Virus record (IMG/VR): IMGVR_UViG_3300032242_001102
Span: 1-61,782 of that record
DNA: 61,782 nucleotides
Origin: a virus
Lineage: Duplodnaviria; Caudoviricetes
Direction: 5' to 3' (one strand)
The position numbers and the translations under genes are program-made. Positions 8,163 to 18,613 of the stretch are shown one piece after another (the first letter of the stretch is position 1; the number at the start of each line of letters is the position of its first letter). The notes beneath the pieces are model-generated. The model saw nothing but the letters and a program-made list of their open reading frames with translations, was not told the origin of the DNA and searched no databases.

Positions 8163-9272
8163 ATGAGATATACTGAATTTACAAGAACTTTGGTTGAAGC
8201 GTCTCCCAAAAAACAAGCGGGTACTAACTTACCTGACACCCTTATTGATCGAGATACCATTGTAGGTTTGTTACAACAAGGTGGTTTACATAACACTAAA
8301 TGGAAGACAGCCAACAAACTTGAAGTTTTAGTTGACATACCCAAGGGAGCCAATGAATCCGAAATTCGTAATGATACTATGAATGATGCATTGTTAATAT
8401 TAAAGCGCGGAGCTCCAAAAGCCAAACCAGAACATTCAATGGCCACAGGAAGCAGTTTGGGTGGTATTGTATTTGGTGATGGATCCCCTATACAGATTGA
8501 ATTTAAAGATGCTGGGAAGAAGGGTGGTGGATCAAGTGGTGTAGGTAACGAGGAAAATCTTCGTGCTATGCTTCAACTACTAATCATGGAACACGGTAAA
8601 ATAAATGTTACTTTTGTTGACAAACGTGGTAAGAAAATTTCTATTAAGAATTGCGACAATGTTGTAGATGCAAGTATGGACGTTGCTGACCGTAAAAAAG
8701 CTGATTTGATTTTGACTAGTTCAAACGGTAGTTTACCGGTTAGCTTAAAACAAATTAATGCTGAAAGTTGGGAATCAGGTGATTCCCTATATGGCCCTCA
8801 AGCCGGTGCGATTGTTCGTAAATTAATTAAAAAAGGTATTGTTAAATTAATACCAACTAAACAAGTTAAAAAGCGTGGGAAATTAGTTCAAGTGTATAAA
8901 TTAGATAAAGAAGTTGTAATTGAACCAACTGAAGAAGATGCAATGAATGCTATCTTTGGTAGTGATATCAGACTTAGTAAAGGTGGAGTTGCTATTCAAA
9001 CATTTAAAGATGAACATTTTGATACAAATGGTAACAATGTAACTATTCAATGCGATTATGTCATCACCAAAAAAGAAGACATACCTGATAGTCATTTAAT
9101 GGTTTGGTTAGTTCGCAACAGCGGAGATCGCACATCAGAAGATTCAGGTGTGGGTATACCTGGAATTCGTGTACTAGGCTCTGTATTAACTCGTGCTCTA
9201 GGTAAAAAGGGTACGAAAGACGTTATTTTAGTAGATCAACACGGTAATGTAGTTAAAAATAAAAATAATTAA
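8163..9272 (+). CDS. putative virion-internal protein with PD-(D/E)XK nuclease-like domain
   Basis: N-terminal MRYTEF...LVE; GNEE...KKADLIL...VSLKQ. Confidence 0.55.
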   Translation: MRYTEFTRTLVEASPKKQAGTNLPDTLIDRDTIVGLLQQGGLHNTKWKTANKLEVLVDIPKGANESEIRNDTMNDALLILKRGAPKAKPEHSMATGSSLGGIVFGDGSPIQIEFKDAGKKGGGSSGVGNEENLRAMLQLLIMEHGKINVTFVDKRGKKISIKNCDNVVDASMDVADRKKADLILTSSNGSLPVSLKQINAESWESGDSLYGPQAGAIVRKLIKKGIVKLIPTKQVKKRGKLVQVYKLDKEVVIEPTEEDAMNAIFGSDIRLSKGGVAIQTFKDEHFDTNGNNVTIQCDYVITKKEDIPDSHLMVWLVRNSGDRTSEDSGVGIPGIRVLGSVLTRALGKKGTKDVILVDQHGNVVKNKNN

Positions 9273-9760
9273 CATTTGTCAAAACGTTGGTGTTTAAGCC
9301 AACGTTTTTGACCATGTCCTGTCTTTAATGAAATTCCGTGTTTAGCTAGTTTTTCTCTATGAGCAAAGAAGCTAGGACCATGACTCATTATTCTATCCTT
9401 GCCCTCACGTTCACGTTTCTCTCCATCAATATCCCATTGATATTGATGAACCATTTCATGTGCTAATGTAGTGATTAACCATTGTTTACAGAACCACTTG
9501 TCCATAAGACGGATTTTGCAATAGGTTTTGCGATATTTAACTATCTCAAAACTACCATAACACATTCCCCAGTATTTCCTACAGCGGGGTGTAACCTCAA
9601 TTTCAGGCATGTTCAACTTATTGTTAAAGCATGCCTGATTGATTATTTTATATAGTTCTATCACTTCATTTACATTTGTGCGATAGCTTAGACGTTTTTG
9701 GTAACCGATACTTGGTAGCGGTTCACGCATTAATTTGGAAAGTTCGGATCTTTTTGTCAT
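9269..9760 (-). CDS. SprT-like zinc metalloprotease
   Basis: TLAHEMVH...HG motif. Confidence 0.8.
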   Translation of the reverse strand: MTKRSELSKLMREPLPSIGYQKRLSYRTNVNEVIELYKIINQACFNNKLNMPEIEVTPRCRKYWGMCYGSFEIVKYRKTYCKIRLMDKWFCKQWLITTLAHEMVHQYQWDIDGEKREREGKDRIMSHGPSFFAHREKLAKHGISLKTGHGQKRWLKHQRFDKC

Positions 9761-9859
9761 AACATATTTATTGTAGCATGACCACGTAATCTAGCAATAT
9801 ATTAGGAAAAATAACCGTTTTATTCTCCGGTATTAAATATATGTTTAGGAGAAAATCAA

Positions 9860-10171
9860 ATGGAAATTATTATCGGACTTTTAGTCGTAGCTTTCGGATT
9901 ATGGTGGGCTTTCCTCCGTAGTGCAAAAAAGCCAGAAGTTGCAATACCTGATAAGGTTGAAGCACCAGTTGTTTCAGAACCAGTTGTGGTAGAAACACCT
10001 GCACCGGTTGTTGCTGAAGAACCTGCTAAAGCCCCTGCTAAGCCAAAAGCTGCCGCACGTACTACTAAGCCAAAAGCACCTGCTAAAACACCAGCAAAAG
10101 CTAAGGCGCCCGCTAAAGCACCTGCTAAAGCTAAAGCCCCAGCTAAGCCAAAAGTTACAGTAGCTAAGTGA
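9860..10171 (+). CDS. membrane-anchored protein with histone H1-like AKP repeats
   Basis: AGGAG RBS, N-terminal TM helix, KAPAK repeats. Confidence 0.75.
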   Translation: MEIIIGLLVVAFGLWWAFLRSAKKPEVAIPDKVEAPVVSEPVVVETPAPVVAEEPAKAPAKPKAAARTTKPKAPAKTPAKAKAPAKAPAKAKAPAKPKVTVAK

Positions 10172-10174
10172 TTA

Positions 10175-10867
10175 ATGAAAATAGGATTTGATATCATTAG
10201 TGACTTAAATCTTGGACCAGACGAACATTTTGACTGGGAAGGGAAAGCAACAAGTCTCTATTGTATTATAGCAGGTAATATCAGCAATGATTTACGTACT
10301 ATACATCAAATCCTATTACATTTATCACATTATTATCAAGGTGTGTTTTACACCGCAGGAACATTAGAATATGAAGGTGTATCAAATATACCAACACGTA
10401 CTAATGAAATACACAATTTATGTAAAACTATACGCAACGTAGCATATTTACATAACCATGTAGTCATACTAGATGGTATCGCTATTGTAGGTACAAATGG
10501 TTGGTTTGTAACTGACTATTCACAATCTCTACTATCCCCAATTGATATAGAAAATGAACGATATGAAGATATCGGTTATTTAGGCAATTCAATAGAAAAA
10601 TTACAATTACATTTAGATGTAAAGAAAATTGTAATAATCAGTCATTCTGTTCCCGGACATGAATTAATGTTTGGTGAAGAACCAGATGACATATATTCCA
10701 TAGCACCACTAAAATTAGCTTTAATCAAAGACCTTGAAGCTAAAGTAACACATTGGATTTACGGTCAATATAATAAAAGTGTTGATACAGTAATAGATAA
10801 CATTAACTATATCAACAACAGTTATTATAAAAGAAACCCATATTGGGCTAAAAGAATAGAAATTTAA
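10175..10867 (+). CDS. degenerate metallophosphoesterase-fold protein
   Basis: Motif positions kept but ligands changed: DLN, AGN, GTLEY, YGQY. Confidence 0.7.
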   Translation: MKIGFDIISDLNLGPDEHFDWEGKATSLYCIIAGNISNDLRTIHQILLHLSHYYQGVFYTAGTLEYEGVSNIPTRTNEIHNLCKTIRNVAYLHNHVVILDGIAIVGTNGWFVTDYSQSLLSPIDIENERYEDIGYLGNSIEKLQLHLDVKKIVIISHSVPGHELMFGEEPDDIYSIAPLKLALIKDLEAKVTHWIYGQYNKSVDTVIDNINYINNSYYKRNPYWAKRIEI

Positions 10868-11169
10868 GTTTCGCTCTCTACTTTTACTTGTAGAGGATAA
10901 CCTTGACTACGTGCTGATACTGTTACTTCAATACCCTTTTGTTCAGCAATTTCATAGGGCAATACTGCAACAACTGCACTACCTTGATTGTGAATACTTT
11001 CTGTAATATGCACAGCCGTGTCATCAGTATAATTGAAATACTCAATTAAACTTCCTACAACAAATTCCATACTTGTTACTTCGTCATTTAAATAAATGAT
11101 TTTGAATAATGGGGGTTCTACTAAACTCAAGTTAGGCTTAATTGTAGTTTTAATTTCTGTTTTGGACAT
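10864..11169 (-). CDS. clpS: Clp protease adaptor ClpS
   Basis: PPLFKIIYLNDEVTSMEFV...IHNQG...YEIAE...YPL. Confidence 0.93.
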   Translation of the reverse strand: MSKTEIKTTIKPNLSLVEPPLFKIIYLNDEVTSMEFVVGSLIEYFNYTDDTAVHITESIHNQGSAVVAVLPYEIAEQKGIEVTVSARSQGYPLQVKVESET

Positions 11170-11234
11170 AGTTTTAAGTTAGTTGTAATGTGCAAGTGTT
11201 ACCCCGCACATTTATTTATGTAAAGTTTATTATA

Positions 11235-11684
11235 TTACTTAGTATAAGTTATTGCAATAGATTTTGGCTTCTTTTCTTCAGGAACTTTGCGTTCCAAATA
11301 AACTGAAAGAATGCCATTCTTTACTTCTGCATGGATAACTTCAACGTATTCAGCTAGCTGAAAGGTTTGTGTGAAATCTCTACTGCTTAATCCTCTATGT
11401 AAATATTCGTAGTTAAGCATTTCTTCACGTACTTTAGATCCGGATATGCGTAAAGTATTATTATCTAAATCAACACTTATTTCATTTTCTCCGAACCCTG
11501 CCACAGCAACTTCAATAATCACAGTTTCATCACCTGTCTTAATAACATTGTGTGGTGGATAGTTTGTGTTTGTTTGTACTGATGTTACTCGCATCAATTC
11601 ATCCAACATAGAATCAAATCCGATTCCAAATTTGTGTATAGATGGTATATCTACAGCACGAAGGGTTAATGTTTTTGTTGTCAT
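11235..11684 (-). CDS. small heat shock protein (Hsp20/IbpA family)
   Basis: YPPHN, AVAGF, YLHRG, NGIL, C-terminal IAI. Confidence 0.95.
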   Translation of the reverse strand: MTTKTLTLRAVDIPSIHKFGIGFDSMLDELMRVTSVQTNTNYPPHNVIKTGDETVIIEVAVAGFGENEISVDLDNNTLRISGSKVREEMLNYEYLHRGLSSRDFTQTFQLAEYVEVIHAEVKNGILSVYLERKVPEEKKPKSIAITYTK

Positions 11685-11745
11685 GTTTTTCTCCTAATAA
11701 GCAAGTTTATGACTATCGGGCCCGTATTATGCGGCACCCGATTTT
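11685..11745 (-). promoter_or_regulatory. ROSE-like RNA thermometer leader of hsp20
   Basis: 5' GC-rich hairpin then CUUGCU-UAUU-AGGAG pairing with the SD. Confidence 0.75.
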
Positions 11746-11752
11746 ATCTAAT

Positions 11753-13642
11753 TTAATTAGATTCTTTTACTTCCGCATCAACTACATTATCACTTTTTGC
11801 TTCTGTAGTTTCTTTGGCTTTTTGTTCCTCATCATATTTGATTTTTGTGATGGGACCAATCGCTTCGTATAATTCTTTAACTTTGTTGTCAATCATTTCA
11901 ACATCGTCTTGTAATAATGCACTTTCTAATGCATCAATTGCAACAGAAGCTTTTTCTTTTTCTTCTGCTGTAACACTATCTCCGTACTTCTCATAGTCTT
12001 TACGGAAAACATTTAATGTTGACTCACCACTATTACGTGTTTGAATTAACTTAACTTGTTTAGCATCACTTTCAGCATTGGCTTCTGCTTCATTGACCAT
12101 GTCTTGGATTTCACGTTCAGTTAATCCTGAATCAGATTTGATGGTAATCTTATTCTCTTTACCAGTACCTTTATCTTTAGCACTTACATTAAGAATACCA
12201 TTAGCATCAACATCTAATGTAACTTCAATTTGAGGAGTACCGCGCATTGCTGGAGGAATACCCTCTAAGTTAAATTCACCCAATAACTTGTTATATGTAA
12301 ACAATTCACGCTCACCCTGTGCAACCTTAATAGTTACTGCAGGTTGATTGTCTTCCGCTGTACTAAACACTTGACTATGCTTAGTTGGGATAGTTGTATT
12401 CTTCTTAATTAGTTTAGTGAATACACCACCTGCTGTTTCAATACCCAATGTTAATGGTGTAACATCTAATAACAACACATCAGTACGCTCACCGGCTAAT
12501 ACACTACCTTGTAGTGCCGCACCTGCTGCCACTGCTTCGTCTGGGTTAACATCCTTACGTGGTGCCTTACCAAACAACTTCTCTACTGTTTCTTGCACTT
12601 TGGGCATACGTGTCATACCACCAACAAGAATTACCTCATCAATGTCTGATACTGAAACACCTGCATCCTGAATAGCTTGTTTGCAAGGTTGAATACTACG
12701 TTGAATCAACTCATCAACCAACAATTCTAACTTAGCACGACTTAGTTTAACGTTTAAATGTTTAGGTCCAGTTGCATCTGCGGTAATATATGGTAAGTTA
12801 ACATCCGTTTGAGCTGAACTAGATAATTCAATTTTAGCTTTCTCGGCAGCATCTTTCATACGTTGCAATGCCAATACATCTTTGGTTAAGTCAATACCAT
12901 TGTCTTTCTTAAACTCATCAACTAAGAAATCCATAATACGTTGGTCAAAGTCTTCACCACCTAAGAATGTATCACCGTTCGTTGATAGTACTTCAATCTG
13001 TTTATCACCATCAACATCTGCAATCTCAATAATACTTACGTCAAATGTACCACCACCCAAGTCATAAACAGCAATCTTACGATCACGCTTATCTTGTTTA
13101 TCTACACCATATGCTAGTGCAGCCGCTGTTGGTTCATTGATAATACGTAATACTTCTAGACCTGCAATACGTCCGGCATCTTTAGTAGCTTGACGTTGAC
13201 TGTCATTAAAGTATGCTGGTACTGTAATAACTGCTTGTGTTACACTTGTGCCAAGGTAATCTTCAGCAGTCTTTTTCATTTTACGTAATACTTCAGCACT
13301 GATTTGTGGTGGTGCTAACTTTTGTCCATTAGCTTCAATCCATGCATCACCGTTGTCTGCTTTAACAATACTATATGGCATTAAGTCAATATCTTTCTGA
13401 ACAGCTTGTTCAGTGAACTTACGTCCAATCAATCGCTTGGCAGCATAGATTGTATTTTTTGGATTGGTAACTGATTGTCGCTTGGCAGTAGCACCTACTA
13501 GTATCTCATCATTAGCATATGCAACGATTGAGGGTGTAGTTCTAGCACCTTCACTATTTTCAATTATTTTGGGGATTCCGTTTTCAATAACGGCTACACA
13601 TGAATTTGTGGTACCTAGGTCGATACCGATTACTTTGCTCAT
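11753..13642 (-). CDS. dnaK: molecular chaperone DnaK
   Basis: [29 protein letters not shown]; ATG at 13642 with AAGGAG. Confidence 0.98.
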   Translation of the reverse strand: MSKVIGIDLGTTNSCVAVIENGIPKIIENSEGARTTPSIVAYANDEILVGATAKRQSVTNPKNTIYAAKRLIGRKFTEQAVQKDIDLMPYSIVKADNGDAWIEANGQKLAPPQISAEVLRKMKKTAEDYLGTSVTQAVITVPAYFNDSQRQATKDAGRIAGLEVLRIINEPTAAALAYGVDKQDKRDRKIAVYDLGGGTFDVSIIEIADVDGDKQIEVLSTNGDTFLGGEDFDQRIMDFLVDEFKKDNGIDLTKDVLALQRMKDAAEKAKIELSSSAQTDVNLPYITADATGPKHLNVKLSRAKLELLVDELIQRSIQPCKQAIQDAGVSVSDIDEVILVGGMTRMPKVQETVEKLFGKAPRKDVNPDEAVAAGAALQGSVLAGERTDVLLLDVTPLTLGIETAGGVFTKLIKKNTTIPTKHSQVFSTAEDNQPAVTIKVAQGERELFTYNKLLGEFNLEGIPPAMRGTPQIEVTLDVDANGILNVSAKDKGTGKENKITIKSDSGLTEREIQDMVNEAEANAESDAKQVKLIQTRNSGESTLNVFRKDYEKYGDSVTAEEKEKASVAIDALESALLQDDVEMIDNKVKELYEAIGPITKIKYDEEQKAKETTEAKSDNVVDAEVKESN

Positions 13643-13700
13643 TGTTTTCTCCTTTATAAAGCAAGATTTTTTATTTGTAGACCCTATTATAGGCATCTAG
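13643..13700 (-). promoter_or_regulatory. ROSE-like leader of dnaK
   Basis: 5' hairpin then UCUUGCUUUAUAAAGGAGA SD hairpin; ATAAATA at 13712-13706. Confidence 0.65.
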
Positions 13701-13751
13701 AAAATTATTTATTATAACTGATTACGTAAAAAATAATATTATTTAGGATAA

Positions 13752-13970
13752 TTAAAACATTTTTTTGGGAAGATTTTGGTCACGTAAGTATTTGTCCCAA
13801 CGTCTTTTAGCCTGACTTTTTGCTAATTTGCGTTTTACAGTGGGTTTAACAAATTCTTGTCGGTCACGGACTTCCTGTAAAGTACCATAATCCGTAATCA
13901 ATTTTTTGAATTTACGTAAGGCCTTTTCAGTATTTCCGTCATTGACTAAAACTTTTCTTCCTCTAATCAT
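13752..13970 (-). CDS. rpsU: 30S ribosomal protein bS21
   Basis: EKALRKFKK...[16 protein letters not shown]. Confidence 0.9.
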   Translation of the reverse strand: MIRGRKVLVNDGNTEKALRKFKKLITDYGTLQEVRDRQEFVKPTVKRKLAKSQAKRRWDKYLRDQNLPKKMF

Positions 13971-15169
13971 AATGCTTTTGGCTGTAAAATTTGCTCCTGA
14001 TTAATATTTATCTTTTTAATGTTATTTTCACGGTACTTTTTAGTGTTATACATATGTGGCATTAATGCCTTTTCAATTTCAGTATGTAACCCACGTGCAC
14101 CGGTCTTTAATTTCATTGTATTTTCAGCTAATTGTGAAATAGCATCTTCAGTAAATTCTAACTCAATGTCATCTAAACTTAGCAAATACTTATATTGGTC
14201 AATATAGTTATTCTTTACTTTAGTTAATACCTGTATCATCTCATCTTTAGTAAGATTATCTACATTTACCGTAGTAGTAAAACGTCCAATAAATTCAGGA
14301 ATCATTCCAAACTTAGTTAGGTCATCCGGAGTAACCATTGATAGATCACCTTCTTTAAGTGTATCTTTGATTTCTGCCCCAAAGCCAATACTAGTGCCGT
14401 TCAATCTATTGTTTACAATATCTTTCAATCCAACAAAGGCTCCGCCCGCAATGAATAAGATATTCTTAGTGTTAACTTCAATCATATCACCACTGGGGTG
14501 TTTACGTCCCCCACCTGCTGGAATACGGCATGTTGTTCCTTCAACCATCTTTAGTAATGCTTGTTGAACACCCTCACCCGATACATCACGGGTAATACTT
14601 GTGCCTTCACTTTTACGTGCAATTTTGTCAATCTCATCAACAAACACGATACCACGTTCTGCTAGTTTACTATCACCCCCGGCAGCATTTACCAACATGC
14701 TAATCATTGATTCAACATCGTCGCCTACATATCCTGCTTCAGTTAGACTTGTAGCATCAGCAACAATAAAGGGCACTTCTAAATATTTTGCTACAGTTTT
14801 AGCTAATAGTGTTTTACCTGAACCAGTTGGCCCGATCAATAGAACATTACCCTTTTGAATTTCTAAATCCTTTGGTGGATTATTAATACGTTTATAGTGA
14901 TTAGCAATGGCTACACTAAGTACCATTTTAGCATTAGTTTGACCAATGATATGTTGATCTAGGAATTCTTTAATAGTTTCTGGATCATATCTAATATGAT
15001 CTTTTTCTATAACTTCTTCTGTGTTGTTATTCTCATCAACCATTAGTTGAGTACATAACTCAATACAGTCGCTACATATAGCAACATCTTCTCCTACGAT
15101 TAATTTATTTACGGTATCTTTGTGATTACCGCAGAATGAGCAATGGCTTAATTTTGTTTCTGTTGACAT
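13967..15169 (-). CDS. clpX: Clp protease ATP-binding subunit ClpX
   Basis: CSFC...CSDC Zn domain, [23 protein letters not shown] loop; ATG at 15169. Confidence 0.97.
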   Translation of the reverse strand: MSTETKLSHCSFCGNHKDTVNKLIVGEDVAICSDCIELCTQLMVDENNNTEEVIEKDHIRYDPETIKEFLDQHIIGQTNAKMVLSVAIANHYKRINNPPKDLEIQKGNVLLIGPTGSGKTLLAKTVAKYLEVPFIVADATSLTEAGYVGDDVESMISMLVNAAGGDSKLAERGIVFVDEIDKIARKSEGTSITRDVSGEGVQQALLKMVEGTTCRIPAGGGRKHPSGDMIEVNTKNILFIAGGAFVGLKDIVNNRLNGTSIGFGAEIKDTLKEGDLSMVTPDDLTKFGMIPEFIGRFTTTVNVDNLTKDEMIQVLTKVKNNYIDQYKYLLSLDDIELEFTEDAISQLAENTMKLKTGARGLHTEIEKALMPHMYNTKKYRENNIKKININQEQILQPKAL

Positions 15170-15182
15170 ATTAATACTTATC

Positions 15183-16172
15183 TTAAGTTGCAAATGTACA
15201 TAACTTTTTAGGTACAATAGATAATTCTATAGTAAATAGATTTTTCATCATATATGCTAGTTTACTACTTTGATGAATGTTAATAAAAACTTCACTACTT
15301 TCAGATACATGTTGATATATGTTAATATTTTTTGATCCATTATTATTATTGAATTGATGATAGTCTAGCTTTGGCATAAAACATTTACTATATTGTGTTT
15401 GATTATATTGATCCTTAAGTTCCATATTTACCATGGGCTCATTACCATCTAACATACCGTATACAATTTTAAGAGGTATAACTACATCATTGAAATAGTA
15501 ACTTTCTTTTACCATATTAACAGAGCCGGGATATTGTTGAGCAAAACCCTTTTCTACTGTCCAAAAACTTGGTTTGCCGTCTGCTACTACTTTTATAGCA
15601 TCATGCAACGATAGAATATAATTACTATTCCATTTCATTGTATAAGGTATTGTCAATATTAAATTTCTATTAGAATCTATCTTAATAGTATAATTACCTT
15701 GTGTAATATCATACGCACGTTTAGGATAATCATTCAAGATACTAGTAACTAGTCGGTCACCGTTCTGTTTATTCTCTAAGAATGATTTATATTGATTATT
15801 ATGTTTTGTACCGTCTAGAGTTTTACTATCCTTACCCTTAGACAGTATCCTATCACTTAATCTAAGTAATGATAGTTTAACATCTACAACTACTTCTACC
15901 TTATTACCAACATTTTGTTGTGAAATGATTTTGTATTCATCAACATAGGCTGAACTATATGCTAGTATTTCATTTTTAATGAGCTTATCATTATATGATT
16001 CACGTTCACTGGCAATAACTACACCAACTTGATACTCAATAGCTTCTTTAAAAGCATTTTGTTTAGCTTCTTCGTATGTGTAGCCTATTCCCGTAGTACG
16101 ATAGTAATCTGATTTACTGGTAGATGCACATGCGGTAAGTATAAAACATACCGCTAGTAATAATAAACGCAT
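15183..16172 (-). CDS. lipoprotein (LPP20-like N-terminal domain)
   Basis: Lipobox LTAC; G-x-x-x-EEAKQNA..EA. Confidence 0.7.
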   Translation of the reverse strand: MRLLLLAVCFILTACASTSKSDYYRTTGIGYTYEEAKQNAFKEAIEYQVGVVIASERESYNDKLIKNEILAYSSAYVDEYKIISQQNVGNKVEVVVDVKLSLLRLSDRILSKGKDSKTLDGTKHNNQYKSFLENKQNGDRLVTSILNDYPKRAYDITQGNYTIKIDSNRNLILTIPYTMKWNSNYILSLHDAIKVVADGKPSFWTVEKGFAQQYPGSVNMVKESYYFNDVVIPLKIVYGMLDGNEPMVNMELKDQYNQTQYSKCFMPKLDYHQFNNNNGSKNINIYQHVSESSEVFINIHQSSKLAYMMKNLFTIELSIVPKKLCTFAT

Positions 16173-16174
16173 AA

Positions 16175-16810
16175 TCAATTACCGAATTTTTTACGCAATT
16201 GATTAGTTACTTGTTCGGATTCTTTATCCCAACGAATAGTTACTGCTACTTCCTGTGGACCTACAATTTCTTGTTTAATTACCTTGAAGCCACGCAGTAT
16301 ACCTTGACTATTAACACGAATGGTTTCACTTAATTGATAGGCAGTATCATTGCTATTTTCACGTACTGAATAATTTGTATCTTTTTCAGCATCGGTATCG
16401 CTCATAGATACAACCTCACCAGTTGTTGTGCGAGATTTCATTCTATCACTTGCTTTTTCAACGTTTTTAGCCAATGTGTTGTTTACACGTGTACTTGAAA
16501 CATCTTCCTGAATAAAGTGACGAACATTTGCACGGGCACGGTCACCTGCACGAATTAATGCAGTACGGCGATTGTTCTCACTATTACCATTTGAACTGGC
16601 AGTACCTACTGATTCAATACTAACAACTTCACATTGTGATTTCCAAAGTGTATACCAAGCACAGTCAGTTTCAATACGTATGGTATCTTGTTTAAATGAT
16701 GTGGATAGTTTTTGATTGCGGATTTGGTCAAATTCACCCTCACCACGTTGAATACTTGAACAACCCACTAGTGATAGTGTGGTCACTAAAGCCAATAACT
16801 TGAAATTCAT
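16175..16810 (-). CDS. lipoprotein
   Basis: Lipobox LVGC; GGAG RBS before ATG 16810. Confidence 0.75.
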   Translation of the reverse strand: MNFKLLALVTTLSLVGCSSIQRGEGEFDQIRNQKLSTSFKQDTIRIETDCAWYTLWKSQCEVVSIESVGTASSNGNSENNRRTALIRAGDRARANVRHFIQEDVSSTRVNNTLAKNVEKASDRMKSRTTTGEVVSMSDTDAEKDTNYSVRENSNDTAYQLSETIRVNSQGILRGFKVIKQEIVGPQEVAVTIRWDKESEQVTNQLRKKFGN

Positions 16811-16840
16811 TTCAATCTCCATTAAGTTTAAGATATGTGT

Positions 16841-16869
16841 ATAGTAACACAGTATCCAATTATTGTCAA
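16841..16869 (-). promoter_or_regulatory. sigma-70-type promoter related to the cassette
   Basis: TTGACA-17-TACTAT with ATAATTGG after the -35. Confidence 0.75.
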
Positions 16870-18393
16870 TTATTTTTGGTTCTTTAGATATAGTTCTATC
16901 TGTTCTTTTTCGGTTTCGGACAATAAGTCAAGGTCATACTCGCCCTTTTCTAATTTATCAACCAAATATTTGATATATTTTTGGTTATGTAAATAGGTAT
17001 CTGATTGGTCCTTTTGTACCTCTATCCATTTACGACTATCATATTTATAAACACGATTTGGTAATGAATCTACACGAACAAATACATCACCTTTGTTAGC
17101 AACTTCTGGGAATTTTATTCCAAAGTTTGTACTAATAGAACGTTGGTTATCAGCCGTTAACATGAATACATCTGGACGTAATCCCTTTAACGCATCCTTA
17201 CTATAATGTTTATCTTCAAATAGTACATAACCACCTTCTAATTCTTCATATGGTTTTTCAATAACCATTACTTCATTATCCACTGGTTCTTCTTTTGGTG
17301 CAACCATTGGCTTAACATCAAAGTTTACAAATGGTTTACTTAAATATGGATGTTGTTCTAATAGTGTTTTAGGTTCTTCTTCAACTTCTTCAAATGGACC
17401 GTCACGAACATCACAATTTTTATTGGGACAGAAAGGTCCTATACCAGGTGCATTTACTAACTCAGTACCACACATGTAACAGTTAATGTGTTCTACTGGT
17501 GTTTTAGCAGTTGCAATAATTTGTGTAATCTGTTCATCTGTTAATGGACCATCATCAGGTTCATATGCTGGTTCTGTGACAGTGGGAGTCAATGGTGTTT
17601 CACTCCCTAGAGGGCTGTCACCCTCCTCGTCCCATTCTTTACTTGCATTAGCGGCAAGTACAAGTGCAATAGCTAATGGATCAAATACAACAACAAGTAA
17701 AATAATAACCCAACGAACAGCACTTTCTAGCATATTCTGATCGGCATTATCACCATAAATCAATGCGGCAATATACTTGATAGGACCTACCTCAGCTTCA
17801 ATCTTACGATTCTCAGCCGCAATAGGTGCACGTTCTTCATTAAGTTTTTGTATTTCTTTTTGTGCATCACCAATATCTTTTTGTAATTTACTACGTTCGC
17901 CGGCTTGTTGTCTACGTATGGCAACAGCACGTTCAGCACTATTCTCACTATCACCACGACTTAATCTTTGGTCAACTTGATTGTCCATTTGAGTTAGTGC
18001 TTTTCTAGCCAACTCTATGTTCTCTCGTTGTGTCTTAATCTTTTCATCATACAATGATAATTTGGCTTGACTATCACCTGATGTAACACCAGTCTCCATA
18101 TGTGCCTTTGACAAAAAGCCAAAGATACCCATGCTTGTCAATAGTGCTAGTGCAATAACGGCTGGAACCAAGTACAGTTTTAATACCCAACTTGCACGTT
18201 GCCAATATTTCCGTAGCCAAACTGTTGTGGTAATCTTTCCTACTTCTAGGATAGACCCCATGATGATAACAGGAATAACCGCACCTGCAAAGATAGCGGT
18301 TAAACCGATAATACTATAGTAAGCTGCCACTGAACTAAGTGACAGTGCTACTAATAGTGTAAGATTAGAGAATGATAGAAATTTTAGGCGCAT
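16870..18393 (-). CDS. multi-pass membrane protein with coiled coil and Zn ribbon
   Basis: Three N-terminal TMs, coiled coil, a further TM, CxxC...CxxxxC. Confidence 0.8.
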   Translation of the reverse strand: MRLKFLSFSNLTLLVALSLSSVAAYYSIIGLTAIFAGAVIPVIIMGSILEVGKITTTVWLRKYWQRASWVLKLYLVPAVIALALLTSMGIFGFLSKAHMETGVTSGDSQAKLSLYDEKIKTQRENIELARKALTQMDNQVDQRLSRGDSENSAERAVAIRRQQAGERSKLQKDIGDAQKEIQKLNEERAPIAAENRKIEAEVGPIKYIAALIYGDNADQNMLESAVRWVIILLVVVFDPLAIALVLAANASKEWDEEGDSPLGSETPLTPTVTEPAYEPDDGPLTDEQITQIIATAKTPVEHINCYMCGTELVNAPGIGPFCPNKNCDVRDGPFEEVEEEPKTLLEQHPYLSKPFVNFDVKPMVAPKEEPVDNEVMVIEKPYEELEGGYVLFEDKHYSKDALKGLRPDVFMLTADNQRSISTNFGIKFPEVANKGDVFVRVDSLPNRVYKYDSRKWIEVQKDQSDTYLHNQKYIKYLVDKLEKGEYDLDLLSETEKEQIELYLKNQK

Positions 18394-18400
18394 CTAATAT

Positions 18401-18613
18401 TTAGTCTACACTAGGGTCAAATAAATGAATATAATAACTTAAAAATTCAGCTACCGGTAATACAAGCTTTTGAGGGATACTAGGACCATGTGTCACATGA
18501 TATGTAACTAAATAATCACCTTTATCCTCATCTGTTTTCTTTACTTGGATAACTTCAATTTTGTTACCATCTTCAAACACATAACTTTTCCCTATTAAGT
18601 CATATGGGTTCAT
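18401..18613 (-). CDS. hypothetical protein
   Basis: 70-aa ORF, ATGA coupling. Confidence 0.7.
   Translation of the reverse strand: MNPYDLIGKSYVFEDGNKIEVIQVKKTDEDKGDYLVTYHVTHGPSIPQKLVLPVAEFLSYYIHLFDPSVD

Noticed and set aside
9856-14858. Antisense ORFs in the track (e.g. 9856..10197, 12417..12671, 14601..14858, and similar ones elsewhere)
   Set aside because: They are shadows of well-supported genes on the opposite strand, without RBS or motifs.
7481-15169. Bacterial chromosome, because of dnaK, clpXP and rpsU
   Set aside because: T4-like polB, clamp, RNase H, ATP ligase, late-promoter motifs and dense small orphan ORFs indicate a large phage.
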